64,000 nt of DNA from a virus, in IMG/VR virus record IMGVR_UViG_3300003316_000080, positions 1 to 64,000 of that record, one strand, 5' to 3'. Each line of letters begins with the position of its first letter. The first letter of the stretch is position 1. A program made the position numbers and the translations under genes. Shown piece after piece: positions 9,404-18,471 of the stretch. The notes under the pieces were generated by a model. The model searched no databases. It was not told the DNA's origin and saw only the letters and a program-made list of their open reading frames with translations.

Positions 9404-10387
9404 GTGAGCAAGATCCAGAAAGAACTGCAGGACGTGACCGGCGTGAATCCGGCCGAGGACCAGTCGATCATCGACCCGGCCTACATGAAGAAGGTCGTCA
9501 AGGCCGCTTCGAAGGACATTCCCGAGAAGGACTGGGACAAGCTGTCCGAGGAAGCCAAGGACTGGGTCAACGCGGCTGTGGACGCGATGAACGAGCGCGA
9601 AGACATCAAGCCGTATCCCGACTACAAGGAACCGGCAAAGGAAGAGAAGAAGTCGACCCGCCGCCGCACCGATGATGACGAAGGCGACAAGCCGGCCGCT
9701 GCCGCCTACGCCGTCGGCGACGAGGTCGAAGTGACCAAGACCAACGGCAAGACCGTGGCCGGCGTCGTCAAGAACCTCGATGATGACGGCGACCTCGTCC
9801 TCGAAGACGAAGAAGGTGAACTGGCCGTGCAGCTGAGCAAGATCGAGGCGGTCGTCGTGACCAAGGCCGCGAAGCCGGCCAAGGAGGAGAGCAAGCGTCG
9901 CCGCAACGATGACGACGAGGACGATGCGAAGGATGCGGGCCCCGGCGTCGGCGACGAGGTCAAGATCGTCAAGACCAACGACCGCACCAACGAGGGTGTG
10001 ATCACCTCGATCGACGAAGACGACATCGTCATCAAGGACGAAGACGGCGACGAGATCACGATCGCCCGCAGCAAGGTCAAGACCGTCGAGATCATCAAGA
10101 AGGCGAAGAAGGCGTCTGCCAGCAAGTCCGACGTGAAGGACGACGCCAAGGACGACGAAGGCGACGGCAAGCGCAAGCGCGCCGGCAAGGGCGAGGATGG
10201 CGTGTCCGCCGCGCAGCGCGTCTTCGAGATCATGTGCGAAGACCCGCTGGACCCGCCCTCGCTGGAAGAACTGACCAAGCAGATCCAGAAGGAAGGCCGC
10301 GACTGCAACGCCAACACGCTGAAGATCAACCACACGACCGCGTCGAAGATCTTCACGCTGCTGAAGGCCGGCAAGCACCTGAAGTGA
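9404..10387 (+). CDS. highly acidic protein with two internal repeats
   Basis: GTG start with AAGGAG 5 nt upstream; repeats VGDEVEVTKTNGKTVAGVV... and VGDEVKIVKTNDRTNEGVI...; D/E-rich. Confidence 0.55.
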   Translation: MSKIQKELQDVTGVNPAEDQSIIDPAYMKKVVKAASKDIPEKDWDKLSEEAKDWVNAAVDAMNEREDIKPYPDYKEPAKEEKKSTRRRTDDDEGDKPAAAAYAVGDEVEVTKTNGKTVAGVVKNLDDDGDLVLEDEEGELAVQLSKIEAVVVTKAAKPAKEESKRRRNDDDEDDAKDAGPGVGDEVKIVKTNDRTNEGVITSIDEDDIVIKDEDGDEITIARSKVKTVEIIKKAKKASASKSDVKDDAKDDEGDGKRKRAGKGEDGVSAAQRVFEIMCEDPLDPPSLEELTKQIQKEGRDCNANTLKINHTTASKIFTLLKAGKHLK

Positions 10388-10422
10388 TCGCCACACGGCA
10401 GCGCCCGCAAGGGCGTTGAACA

Positions 10423-10459
10423 GAGGGGCCCTGTATATTGCGGGGCCCCTTTTCTTTTG
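10423..10459 (+). terminator. rho-independent terminator
   Basis: stem 10424-10431 / 10443-10450 (GGGGCCC), loop TGTATATTGCG, T-tract 10450-10459; followed by GGAGAA and ATG 10471. Confidence 0.6.
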
Positions 10460-10470
10460 TCGGAGAACCC

Positions 10471-11637
10471 ATGACCACAATCGACAGAAGCTCGATCATG
10501 CGAGCGTGCGCCCAGGTGCGCCCCGCAGTGAGCAAACAGCCGTTCATTCCCGCGTTCACGCACTTCTGCTTCAACGAGGGTGCCGTGTTCGCATACAACG
10601 ACACGCTGCTGCTCATGATGTCGTTGCCTGACGACGCGGCCGAGATGCCATCTTGCTGCGCGCCTGCCGACGTACTGACAGAAGCCCTGCGCAGCATGGG
10701 CGGCGACACAATGGAGGTGCAGCACGACACTGACTCTCGCGAACTGCACATCAAGGCCGGCCGCTCGAAGTTCAACCTCAAGACGCTGCCGACGGAAGAC
10801 TTCCAGATGCACCTGGAGCTACCCACGGCCGAAGAGAAGAAGCGCGGCTGGAAGTTTGATGCGTCTGCCGACTTCATCGAAGGCTTGCGGGCCTGCCGTA
10901 TGGCCGTAGGCAACAACCCCAACCATCCGGCCTCCATGGGCATCACGCTGGGTAGTGTGAGCGGCAATGCGGTGCTGTACGCAACGGACAACGTGACCAT
11001 CACGCGCTATGCCGTCGACATGGAACACGATGGAGAAGATGACGCGATCCTGCCCACACCATTCTGCGATGCCCTGCTCAGCTTCGCAAAGGCCATGCCC
11101 AACGACAGGATCGAGATCTCTGTGCTGCGCGGCGTGGTGAGCGCCACATTCCACGATAAGCGGGACAAGCACGGGATCGGCGGCGTCATCGTCACGAAGA
11201 CACTGACAGACTTGGCCGCCCTCGACTATGAGCAGATCATGCGCAAGCACGTGGACATGAAGCGCGTGGCGGACATTCTGTCACCGCTGCCGGCAGACAT
11301 GGGTGCTGTGTTCGAGCGTGCCGCCGCAGTCGGCGTGGATGAGCCGCGCACCACACTGCGCCTTGTGTCGGGCTCCGATAACGAGGTCAGCGTCAGCGCA
11401 TCGGGCGTGGGTGCTCAAGCGTCAGACGTGCTCGTGTTCGATGGCAAGCGCTCAGACGAAGCTTTGGCCGCGCTCGACGAAGAAGCGGAAGACGTCAATG
11501 CTGCGCATGTGCTGCGCGCGGTCAAACACACTGACCGACTGGCTTTCGTCAAGAACGCGCTGCTGTTCGGAGACGCTAAAGCGAAGCTCCTTCACCTCGT
11601 GGGGTATATGGCACCCATCAAGAAGTCCAAGAGGTAA
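10471..11637 (+). CDS. dnaN: beta-clamp-like DNA polymerase sliding clamp
   Basis: IKAGRSKFNLKTLPTEDF matches DnaN VRSGRSRFSLSTLPAADFP; ~388 aa. Confidence 0.65.
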   Translation: MTTIDRSSIMRACAQVRPAVSKQPFIPAFTHFCFNEGAVFAYNDTLLLMMSLPDDAAEMPSCCAPADVLTEALRSMGGDTMEVQHDTDSRELHIKAGRSKFNLKTLPTEDFQMHLELPTAEEKKRGWKFDASADFIEGLRACRMAVGNNPNHPASMGITLGSVSGNAVLYATDNVTITRYAVDMEHDGEDDAILPTPFCDALLSFAKAMPNDRIEISVLRGVVSATFHDKRDKHGIGGVIVTKTLTDLAALDYEQIMRKHVDMKRVADILSPLPADMGAVFERAAAVGVDEPRTTLRLVSGSDNEVSVSASGVGAQASDVLVFDGKRSDEALAALDEEAEDVNAAHVLRAVKHTDRLAFVKNALLFGDAKAKLLHLVGYMAPIKKSKR

Positions 11638-11640
11638 GGC

Positions 11641-14274
11641 ATGTCGTTTTTCTTCGCAGAGACAAAGCGCGCCAAGAAGACAGGCGCTCCGTCGAAGAAG
11701 GCCGTGATCCCCATCGCAAGCCTGCAGCGTGCCGGCTGCACTGTATGTCCGCGCAAGGCAGACTGGGACGACGGCATCAAGACGCCACAGATGAAACCGG
11801 CCGGCCATCAGTCGCCGACGGTGTATCTGCTAGGCACGGCCCCGTCTGAGAAGGAAGACCGACTGGACGAGCCCTTTGTGTCCACAGCCTATGAAGAGGT
11901 GCTGTCGAAGTTGCCGGCGTCTCTGAGGCGGTATAGCCGCGTCGGCTATCTGACGCAGTGCAAGGCCGCCAGTAAAAACTTGATGCTGGAGATGTCGCCG
12001 GACCACGCGGAGATCGAGTGCTGCCGTCCTCGCGTGATCGCAGACATCGAAGAGACGAAGCCGATTGTCGTGATCGGCATCGGCGACAAAGCGCTTAATT
12101 GGGCCCTCCCCTTCTCATCGGGCGTCACCTCGATCACGCATCGAGGCACCTTGTTTCCGGTGAAGTTCGGGACGCACACGTGCTGGTTTTACAGCGTCAT
12201 GTTCCCGGCATATGTGCACCGAGAAAAGCGCAAGTATCCGACTGAGTACGAGATCGCGCTGACGCACGACCTACGCAATCTCGCTAAGTTGATCAACAAC
12301 GAAGAGATTGGTGTTCCGAAGATCTACGCAGACAAGTGGGAAGAGGGTATCGAGATCGTGACAGGTCACGATGCCGGAGACTTCCAGCGTGTGGAGCGCG
12401 CACTTGCAGACATGGCAGCGCTGCCCGATGTCGCACTCGACATCGAAACCAATGGCCTGCGGCCCTGGCACTTGAACAAGCCCAGGTTGTGGACTGCCGC
12501 AGTAGGCACATTCGAGCGTGTGATCGCCTTCCCGATTGATCATCCTGACGGCTGGGGCGCTGACGCGCGCATCCGCAAGATGCACGGTCTGTTCGCTGAG
12601 TGGCTGTGGCAATCGCGCCGGAAGTGGGCACATAACCTTGCAATGGAACTGGAGTGGTTTAACTGGTTCTACAGTCCGCACGCGATCATGGGCAATGAGT
12701 GGGGCGACACGATGGCCCTTGCCCATGTACTCGACGAGCGCAAGGGCACGAAGTCATTGGAGGTGCAGACGATCATTGGCGCCGGCTTCAACCTGAAGTC
12801 CATGAGTCCAGTTGATCCGTCGTTGCCTGACTGGATCAGTAAGTACCCGATTAAGACGGTGCTGAAGTACAACGGTGGAGACTCGAAATGGACGGACTTC
12901 CGTCGCCGCCAGCTGCAGCCGATCGTGGAGGCCGACGAAAAGCTCCATGACGTCTATCAGCACAAGATTCGAATGGCGCCGGCTTTGATCCTCACAGAGG
13001 CCAAGGGCCTACCGGTGTCTGTGCCGCGTGCTGAGAAGATGAATCGCGCACTGACGGAGCAACTGCACAAGATTGAAGACAAGCTGCGGGCTGATGTGGC
13101 TGTGCGCCGCCATACAACGCAGTTCGGCCAGTTCAGCCCGACGAACTCCGATCATGTGCTCGCGCTGATGGAAAAGACCCTCAAGCGCGATGAGATCTAC
13201 ATCATTGAGAAAGACGGGTCTGAGTCGAAGTCAGTCGCTGAAGAAGTGCTGGCGCTGATGCCTGAAGATGAGGTGCCATCAGCGAAGTTGATCCTGGAGC
13301 ACCGGGGCATCTCCAAGCTGAAGTCGACGTATCTGGAGCCAGTGATCAAGGGCACGATGATCAGCGTCGATGGCTATGTGCACTCGAAGTACAGCAGTCT
13401 GTTCGCCGCGACCCACCGCCTGAACTCTGAAGATCCCAACGCGCAGAACTGGCCTAAGCGCAAGCACAAGGAAGTTCGCTCGATCTTCTACGCGGAAGAT
13501 GATGAAGAGATTCTGGCGTGCGACTACGGCCAGATCGAGTTCCGCGTCGTGGGCATGTGCTCGGAGGACGACAACCTGTGCCGGGCCGTGTGGACCGGGT
13601 ACGACGTGCACTTGCACTGGGCAGAGCGGATCGTCGCCCTGTATCCCAAGATCAAGGACTGGATCAGATCAGAGTTCGAGGTGGACTGGGATGAGAAGGG
13701 CATCAAGACGCTGCGCCAGGAGGCCAAGAACAAGTGGGTGTTTCCGCAGTTCTTCGGTGCCTCGATCAAGTCGTGTGCAGCCTCTCTGCACTTGCCTGAA
13801 GAGGTCGCGCAGGATCTGGCTGATGAACTATGGGATGAGTTCCGAGGCGTCAAGCGCTGGCAAGACAAGTTGATGGAGTCGTTTGCGCGCAAGCTCTACG
13901 TGGAGACGCTGGACGGTGCGCGCCGTCGTGGGCCCATGACCAAAAACGAGATCATCAACATGCCGATCCAGGGCACAGCGGCCCGCATCGTGCAGACCGC
14001 GCATGCAGCTTTGGCTGAACGCGGCTTCATCATGGATCGCGGCGTGTATATCCCATCGCTGAACGTACATGATGACCTCTCAACCTGGAGCAAGAAGGCA
14101 GAGCGGGAGGCCAACGTGAAGATCATCGTCGAAGAGATGTGCAAGCACCGATTTGACTGGATCAACGTGCCGCTGCTGGTGGAAGTGTCGGCCGGGCCTG
14201 ACTGGTCCGACCTGACCGAGATCGGCAAGTACAGCAGCCATGAGCTGTTCAACATCAGGAACCCTTACCAATGA
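11641..14274 (+). CDS. polA: family-A DNA polymerase with N-terminal UDG-like (family 4) domain and 3'-5' exonuclease domain
   Basis: Exo I LDIETNGL; motif A DYGQIEFRV; motif C VHDDL; N-terminus YLLGTAPSEKEDRLDEPFV with Cys cluster resembles Fe-S UDG. Confidence 0.85.
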   Translation: MSFFFAETKRAKKTGAPSKKAVIPIASLQRAGCTVCPRKADWDDGIKTPQMKPAGHQSPTVYLLGTAPSEKEDRLDEPFVSTAYEEVLSKLPASLRRYSRVGYLTQCKAASKNLMLEMSPDHAEIECCRPRVIADIEETKPIVVIGIGDKALNWALPFSSGVTSITHRGTLFPVKFGTHTCWFYSVMFPAYVHREKRKYPTEYEIALTHDLRNLAKLINNEEIGVPKIYADKWEEGIEIVTGHDAGDFQRVERALADMAALPDVALDIETNGLRPWHLNKPRLWTAAVGTFERVIAFPIDHPDGWGADARIRKMHGLFAEWLWQSRRKWAHNLAMELEWFNWFYSPHAIMGNEWGDTMALAHVLDERKGTKSLEVQTIIGAGFNLKSMSPVDPSLPDWISKYPIKTVLKYNGGDSKWTDFRRRQLQPIVEADEKLHDVYQHKIRMAPALILTEAKGLPVSVPRAEKMNRALTEQLHKIEDKLRADVAVRRHTTQFGQFSPTNSDHVLALMEKTLKRDEIYIIEKDGSESKSVAEEVLALMPEDEVPSAKLILEHRGISKLKSTYLEPVIKGTMISVDGYVHSKYSSLFAATHRLNSEDPNAQNWPKRKHKEVRSIFYAEDDEEILACDYGQIEFRVVGMCSEDDNLCRAVWTGYDVHLHWAERIVALYPKIKDWIRSEFEVDWDEKGIKTLRQEAKNKWVFPQFFGASIKSCAASLHLPEEVAQDLADELWDEFRGVKRWQDKLMESFARKLYVETLDGARRRGPMTKNEIINMPIQGTAARIVQTAHAALAERGFIMDRGVYIPSLNVHDDLSTWSKKAEREANVKIIVEEMCKHRFDWINVPLLVEVSAGPDWSDLTEIGKYSSHELFNIRNPYQ

Positions 14275-15236
14275 CACGACGCAAACTGGCCGATGAAGTC
14301 ACGCACGGTAAAGACCTCGCGCAGCGCTGGCGACCTCGCAATCTGGGTGAGGTGGTCGGACAAAGCGCAGTGGTTCGCTCGCTCGAAGCGATGCTGAAGC
14401 GCGAGACGCGTCCGCACTGCTTCATCTTCACTGGACCCTCGGGCGTGGGCAAGACCACACTGGCGCGGATCGTCGCTCAGGAGTTGGGGGCACAGCACAA
14501 CATTGTGGAGATCGACGCTGCGACCAACACGGGCGTTGACGCAATGCGTGATGTGCTGGCAGGCACGATCTACAGCGGCTTTGGCAGCAACTCCAAGTTC
14601 TATCTGATCGACGAGGCACACATGCTCTCGAAGGCAGCGTGGAACTCGATGTTGAAGACGCTGGAGGAACCACCCGACCACGTTTACTTCGCGATCTGCA
14701 CGACGGAGCCAGAGAAGCTGCCGGCAACGATCAGCACACGCGGTCCTGTCTATGCACTGAAGTCTGTGCCGCGCAAGGACATCAGCAACCACCTGATCCT
14801 GATTGCTGAAGAAGAGAGCCTGGAAGTCACAGATGAGGGGCTGGATAGGATCGCAGAGGCTGCTGGCGGCTCGCTGCGCGCTGCGATCAACATGATGGTT
14901 GCAGCAGACGGTGTGAGGGGTGATGACCTGGATGACATCATCGAACGTGCAGATGCGGGCGGCAACAAGCAGGTCATTGATCTGGCCCGCGCATTGGTCA
15001 ACGACCAACTGACGTGGACGAAGCTGACGGGCATCCTGAAGGATCTGGAGGGCCAGAGCGCGGAGGGCGTCCGCATTGTTGTGGTCAACTTCACAGCTGC
15101 GTGCTTGATGAAGGCCACATCAGACAAGCAGATCGCACGGCTGTTGAACGTGCTGCACGCCTTCTCCACCCCATACACCACAGCCGACAAGATGGCACCC
15201 TTGCTCCTCTCGTTCGGCAACCTTCTGTATAAGTGA
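14271..15236 (+). CDS. dnaX: clamp-loader AAA+ ATPase (DNA pol III gamma/tau-like)
   Basis: Walker A GPSGVGKTT, Walker B LIDEAHML, KTLEEPP, SRC-like SLRAAIN. Confidence 0.8.
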   Translation: MTRRKLADEVTHGKDLAQRWRPRNLGEVVGQSAVVRSLEAMLKRETRPHCFIFTGPSGVGKTTLARIVAQELGAQHNIVEIDAATNTGVDAMRDVLAGTIYSGFGSNSKFYLIDEAHMLSKAAWNSMLKTLEEPPDHVYFAICTTEPEKLPATISTRGPVYALKSVPRKDISNHLILIAEEESLEVTDEGLDRIAEAAGGSLRAAINMMVAADGVRGDDLDDIIERADAGGNKQVIDLARALVNDQLTWTKLTGILKDLEGQSAEGVRIVVVNFTAACLMKATSDKQIARLLNVLHAFSTPYTTADKMAPLLLSFGNLLYK

Positions 15237-15238
15237 TC

Positions 15239-15739
15239 ATGGACATCGCCTATTTCCGCTCGCGCATCAAGGTCAGCCAGCACACGCTGGCGGAAGATCT
15301 GGAGATCCATGCTGACCATATGGAGAAGATCGGCCGTAAGTCAGCAGCAGCAGCCCGGGCAGAGGCCAAGGCCAAGCAGGCGCGCGACGAGACAGAGGCG
15401 AGGTTGATAAAAGATTTACTGGAGGACAACGAGCGCATGGCGCTCAACAAGGCGCAGGCGACTGCCAAGGCGTCGCGCGAGTATCAGCAGGCCCAGTCCG
15501 TATATCTCGACGCACAGAACGAACTTGCCGAATGGCAAGAGGTGGAGAAGGCGTGGTATCAGCGTGGCTTCGATCTGCGGGCGCTCGTCGAGTTGTTCTC
15601 GGCCCAGTACTTCCAGATCGATCCCACTGCCGGCGCAGGCCGGGCTGAATCGCGCCGCTCCGTGTCTGAATACATGAGCAATCGAGACAAGGGCGAAGAG
15701 AAGCGCAACCGCCAACGACGGAGCTTGAACGATGAGTGA
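15239..15739 (+). CDS. hypothetical coiled-coil protein
   Basis: ORF track; Ala/Glu/Lys-rich helical sequence. Confidence 0.45.
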   Translation: MDIAYFRSRIKVSQHTLAEDLEIHADHMEKIGRKSAAAARAEAKAKQARDETEARLIKDLLEDNERMALNKAQATAKASREYQQAQSVYLDAQNELAEWQEVEKAWYQRGFDLRALVELFSAQYFQIDPTAGAGRAESRRSVSEYMSNRDKGEEKRNRQRRSLNDE

Positions 15740-15857
15740 ATTTTTGGCATTGGTAGTGGGCGCAGTCGGCGGCGTGCTGGCGGTCTACATCTGTGTGCGG
15801 GTCGCCTCAGCCGCATATTTCAAGTCACTGAGGCAACACAATGAGGAAACCAAATGA
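15732..15857 (+). CDS. small membrane protein (41 aa)
   Basis: ATG 15732 and stop 15855-15857 both overlap neighbours; single hydrophobic helix FLALVVGAVGGVLAVYICV. Confidence 0.35.
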   Translation: MSEFLALVVGAVGGVLAVYICVRVASAAYFKSLRQHNEETK

Positions 15858-17083
15858 GAAACCGTGACGATGATGACCGTGGTTCGCGCCGTGGTCGCGA
15901 TGATGACGATGACCGCCGCAGCAGCCGTGGCCGTGACAGCGGTTCGAGCCGTGGCGGTTTCGTCTACAAGCAGCGCAGCGCCGAAGAGAACCGCAAGCGC
16001 GCCGAGAACACCGGACGAGACTTCGAGTCGATTTACAAGGACGGTGTCAACCTATACAAGGTCAAGGACGGCGACAACAGCGTCCGTGTGCTGCCGCCGA
16101 CGTTCAAGGGCGCCCAGCACTACGGACTCGACATCCAGGTCCACTTCGGCATCGGGCCCGACCGCGCGACGTACCTGTGCCTCAACAAGATGCTGGACAA
16201 GCCGTGCCCGATCTGCGAGGCACGCCAAGAAGCGCAGCGTGACGGGGACGACGAACTGGCGAAGGAACTGGCACCCAAGCAGCGTGTTCTCGTCGCCCTG
16301 ATCGATCGTGATGATGAGAAGGCCGGTGTGCAGATCTGGGGCATGCCCTGGACCGTCGACCGTGACCTGGCCCAGGTTGCCGTCGATCGCAAGACCAAGG
16401 AAGTGCTGCCGATCGACCATCCTGAAGAAGGGTATGACGTCTTCTTCACGAAGACGGGCAAAGAGCGCAACACGAAGTACGGCGGCATCTCTGTGGACCG
16501 GCAGCCGTCAGAACTCGGCCGGCGCGGCGACGAGTGGCTGGACTGGATTCAGGAACACCCGCTGGACACGCTGCTGAACTACGCCAGTTACGATGACATC
16601 GCCAAGGCGTTCAACGGCGGCGGCTCTGGTGGCGGTTCGCGTCGTCGCGATCGCAGCGATGACGACGATGACCGCTCTTCGCGTCGTGGCCGTGATCGTG
16701 ACGATGACCGCAAGAAGGACGATGTCCTGTCGTGGGATGACGTTCACGGCATGAAGCCGCGCGAACTCGAAGACCTCGCAGCTGAGCACGGCATTAAGTC
16801 GTCCAAGTACGACGATGACGAAGAACTGGCTGACGCGATCTGTGAAAAGCTGGACATCAGCAAGCCCAAGCCGCGACGCTCGCCTGGACGTGATGGCGAT
16901 GACGACGATGACCGCTCTTCGCGTCGTGGCCGTGATCGTGATGACGATTCCAATGAGAAGACGGCGCGTCGTCGGTCCAATGATGACGACGAGGACGACA
17001 CCCCGCGCACCCGTCGCCGTGAGGCCAATGACGACGATGACGCGGAAGAAGGTCTGCGCAAGATGCGCCGCCGCGCGGAGTGA
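15854..17083 (+). CDS. ssDNA-binding protein, T4 gp32-like Zn site, with Arg/Asp-rich repeat tails
   Basis: H-x12-C-x8-C-x2-C (HFGIGPDRATYLCLNKMLDKPCPIC) resembles gp32 Zn ligands; three DDDDDRSSRRGRDRDDD repeats. Confidence 0.55.
   Translation: MRNRDDDDRGSRRGRDDDDDRRSSRGRDSGSSRGGFVYKQRSAEENRKRAENTGRDFESIYKDGVNLYKVKDGDNSVRVLPPTFKGAQHYGLDIQVHFGIGPDRATYLCLNKMLDKPCPICEARQEAQRDGDDELAKELAPKQRVLVALIDRDDEKAGVQIWGMPWTVDRDLAQVAVDRKTKEVLPIDHPEEGYDVFFTKTGKERNTKYGGISVDRQPSELGRRGDEWLDWIQEHPLDTLLNYASYDDIAKAFNGGGSGGGSRRRDRSDDDDDRSSRRGRDRDDDRKKDDVLSWDDVHGMKPRELEDLAAEHGIKSSKYDDDEELADAICEKLDISKPKPRRSPGRDGDDDDDRSSRRGRDRDDDSNEKTARRRSNDDDEDDTPRTRRREANDDDDAEEGLRKMRRRAE
16658..16940 (+). repeat. two identical 43-bp direct repeats 240 bp apart inside SSB gene
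   Basis: GATGACGACGATGACCGCTCTTCGCGTCGTGGCCGTGATCGTG at 16658-16700 and 16898-16940; degenerate third copy near 15890-15940. Confidence 0.7.
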
Positions 17084-17085
17084 TC

Positions 17086-18189
17086 ATGGCAGCACGCAAA
17101 ACGACCAAGCCTGCGGTGAAGCAGGCAGCGCCCAAGTCGGTCGCGGCTCGCAAGCGTGCTGTTCTCCGTGATGTGGATGAGGGCTCTGACGAGTTCGTCG
17201 AGCCCTCCTACTTCTCTGCGGGGGACAGCAAAACCAACATCGAGTTCATCTCAACTGGATGCACGATCCTGGACGAGGCGCTGGGTGGGGGTGTCGCTGA
17301 AGGACGTGTGCTGAATGTCGTCGGTGACTCGTCCACGGGCAAGACACTGCTGGCAATGGAGATCGCGGCCAACTTCGCGCTGAAGCATGCGGAAGGACTC
17401 GTCCGTTACGCTGAAGCAGAACTGGCCTTCGACGATGATTATGCGGAAGCGATGGGCATGGACCTGTCGCGTGTCGAGCGCAACAGCGGCTCGCGCCTCG
17501 TGGGCACCGTCGAGCAGTGGCACGATGATCTCGTCGACTTCATGAAGAGGCTGAAGGGTCGTCCTGGCCTGTACATCCTCGACAGCCTCGACGCGATCTC
17601 CGATGACGATGAGGTGAAGGCCGAGTTCGGTGAAGCCAGCTACGGCGGCAAGAAGCCCAAGCTGATCTCCCAGCTGTTCAGGCGCACGATCAATGATCTG
17701 CATGCGGCCAACGTGACGCTGATGATCGTCTCGCAGACGCGAGACAAGATCGGTGTGACCTTCGGGCCGACGAAGACGCGATCAGGCGGCAAGGCGCTGG
17801 AGTTCTATTCGTCACAGATCGTTTGGCTGGCGCATGTCGGCAAGATGGACAAGACGATCGATGGCATCAAGCGCGTGATCGGTCATGAGGTCCGCGCCAA
17901 GGTCAGCAAGAACAAGTGCGGACTGGCGCACCGGACTGTCGACTATCCCGTGCTGTATGGCTACGGAATCGACGACATGATGGCGGGCGTGACGTGGCTG
18001 ATCGAGAACAAGTGCGATGAAGCTCTGGAAGAACTCGAACTGACCAAGGCCGGTGCGAAGACTTCAGTGGCGGCCATGCGCAACAAGCCGGAGCGCGCTC
18101 GCGAGTTTCGTCCGAAGATGCGCAAGATCGTGCGTAGGGAATGGGCGCGCATCGAAAACCTGTTCTTGCCTAAGGCCCGTAAATACTGA
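17086..18189 (+). CDS. recA: RecA-like recombinase
   Basis: TGCTILDEALGGGVAEGRVLNVVGDSSTGKTLLA matches RecA core and Walker A. Confidence 0.75.
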   Translation: MAARKTTKPAVKQAAPKSVAARKRAVLRDVDEGSDEFVEPSYFSAGDSKTNIEFISTGCTILDEALGGGVAEGRVLNVVGDSSTGKTLLAMEIAANFALKHAEGLVRYAEAELAFDDDYAEAMGMDLSRVERNSGSRLVGTVEQWHDDLVDFMKRLKGRPGLYILDSLDAISDDDEVKAEFGEASYGGKKPKLISQLFRRTINDLHAANVTLMIVSQTRDKIGVTFGPTKTRSGGKALEFYSSQIVWLAHVGKMDKTIDGIKRVIGHEVRAKVSKNKCGLAHRTVDYPVLYGYGIDDMMAGVTWLIENKCDEALEELELTKAGAKTSVAAMRNKPERAREFRPKMRKIVRREWARIENLFLPKARKY

Positions 18190-18193
18190 CGAT

Positions 18194-18239
18194 GTGAAAC
18201 GCCATGCGGTCTTGACCTACAAGACAACGTGGCGTTCAC
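18194..18239. promoter_or_regulatory. 46-bp nested imperfect palindrome
   Basis: GTGAAACGCCA...GTCTTG-ACCTA-CAAGAC...TGGCGTTCAC directly after RecA stop; no T-tract. Confidence 0.3.
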
Positions 18240-18299
18240 CTACTGTCTGTTACCGCAGGTCGTGGCAAAAGGTCTATACCGTCGGACAAAGGAGTCTCT

Positions 18300-18470
18300 A
18301 TGCAAACCCGTCACGCACACACAAGCCTGTCTCTGAAGGAACTGATTACCAAGCACACCCAGCCTTGCTGGAAGTTTTGGCACCCAGGCTCCGGCCTCGT
18401 CGGTGGCCTGATCACCTCAGTCCTTCTGCTGGTGATCGTGCCTGCACTGTGGCAAACCTTCTTCAAGTGA
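18300..18470 (+). CDS. small membrane protein (56 aa)
   Basis: ATG 18300 with AAAGGAG 5 nt upstream; C-terminal helix GLVGGLITSVLLLVIVPALW. Confidence 0.4.
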   Translation: MQTRHAHTSLSLKELITKHTQPCWKFWHPGSGLVGGLITSVLLLVIVPALWQTFFK

Positions 18471-18471
18471 C

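Noticed and set aside
9173-10812. Long antisense ORFs (9173..10480 -, 9706..10812 -) overlapping the acidic-protein and clamp genes
   Set aside because: Low-complexity R/L/G/A-rich translations typical of the reverse frame of GC-rich coding DNA; no SD; sense-strand genes have clear motifs.
15880-17000. Repeats in 15854-17083, considered as CRISPR-like or non-coding
   Set aside because: Repeats lie in frame within the SSB ORF and encode RD-rich peptide repeats; spacing is a multiple of 3.
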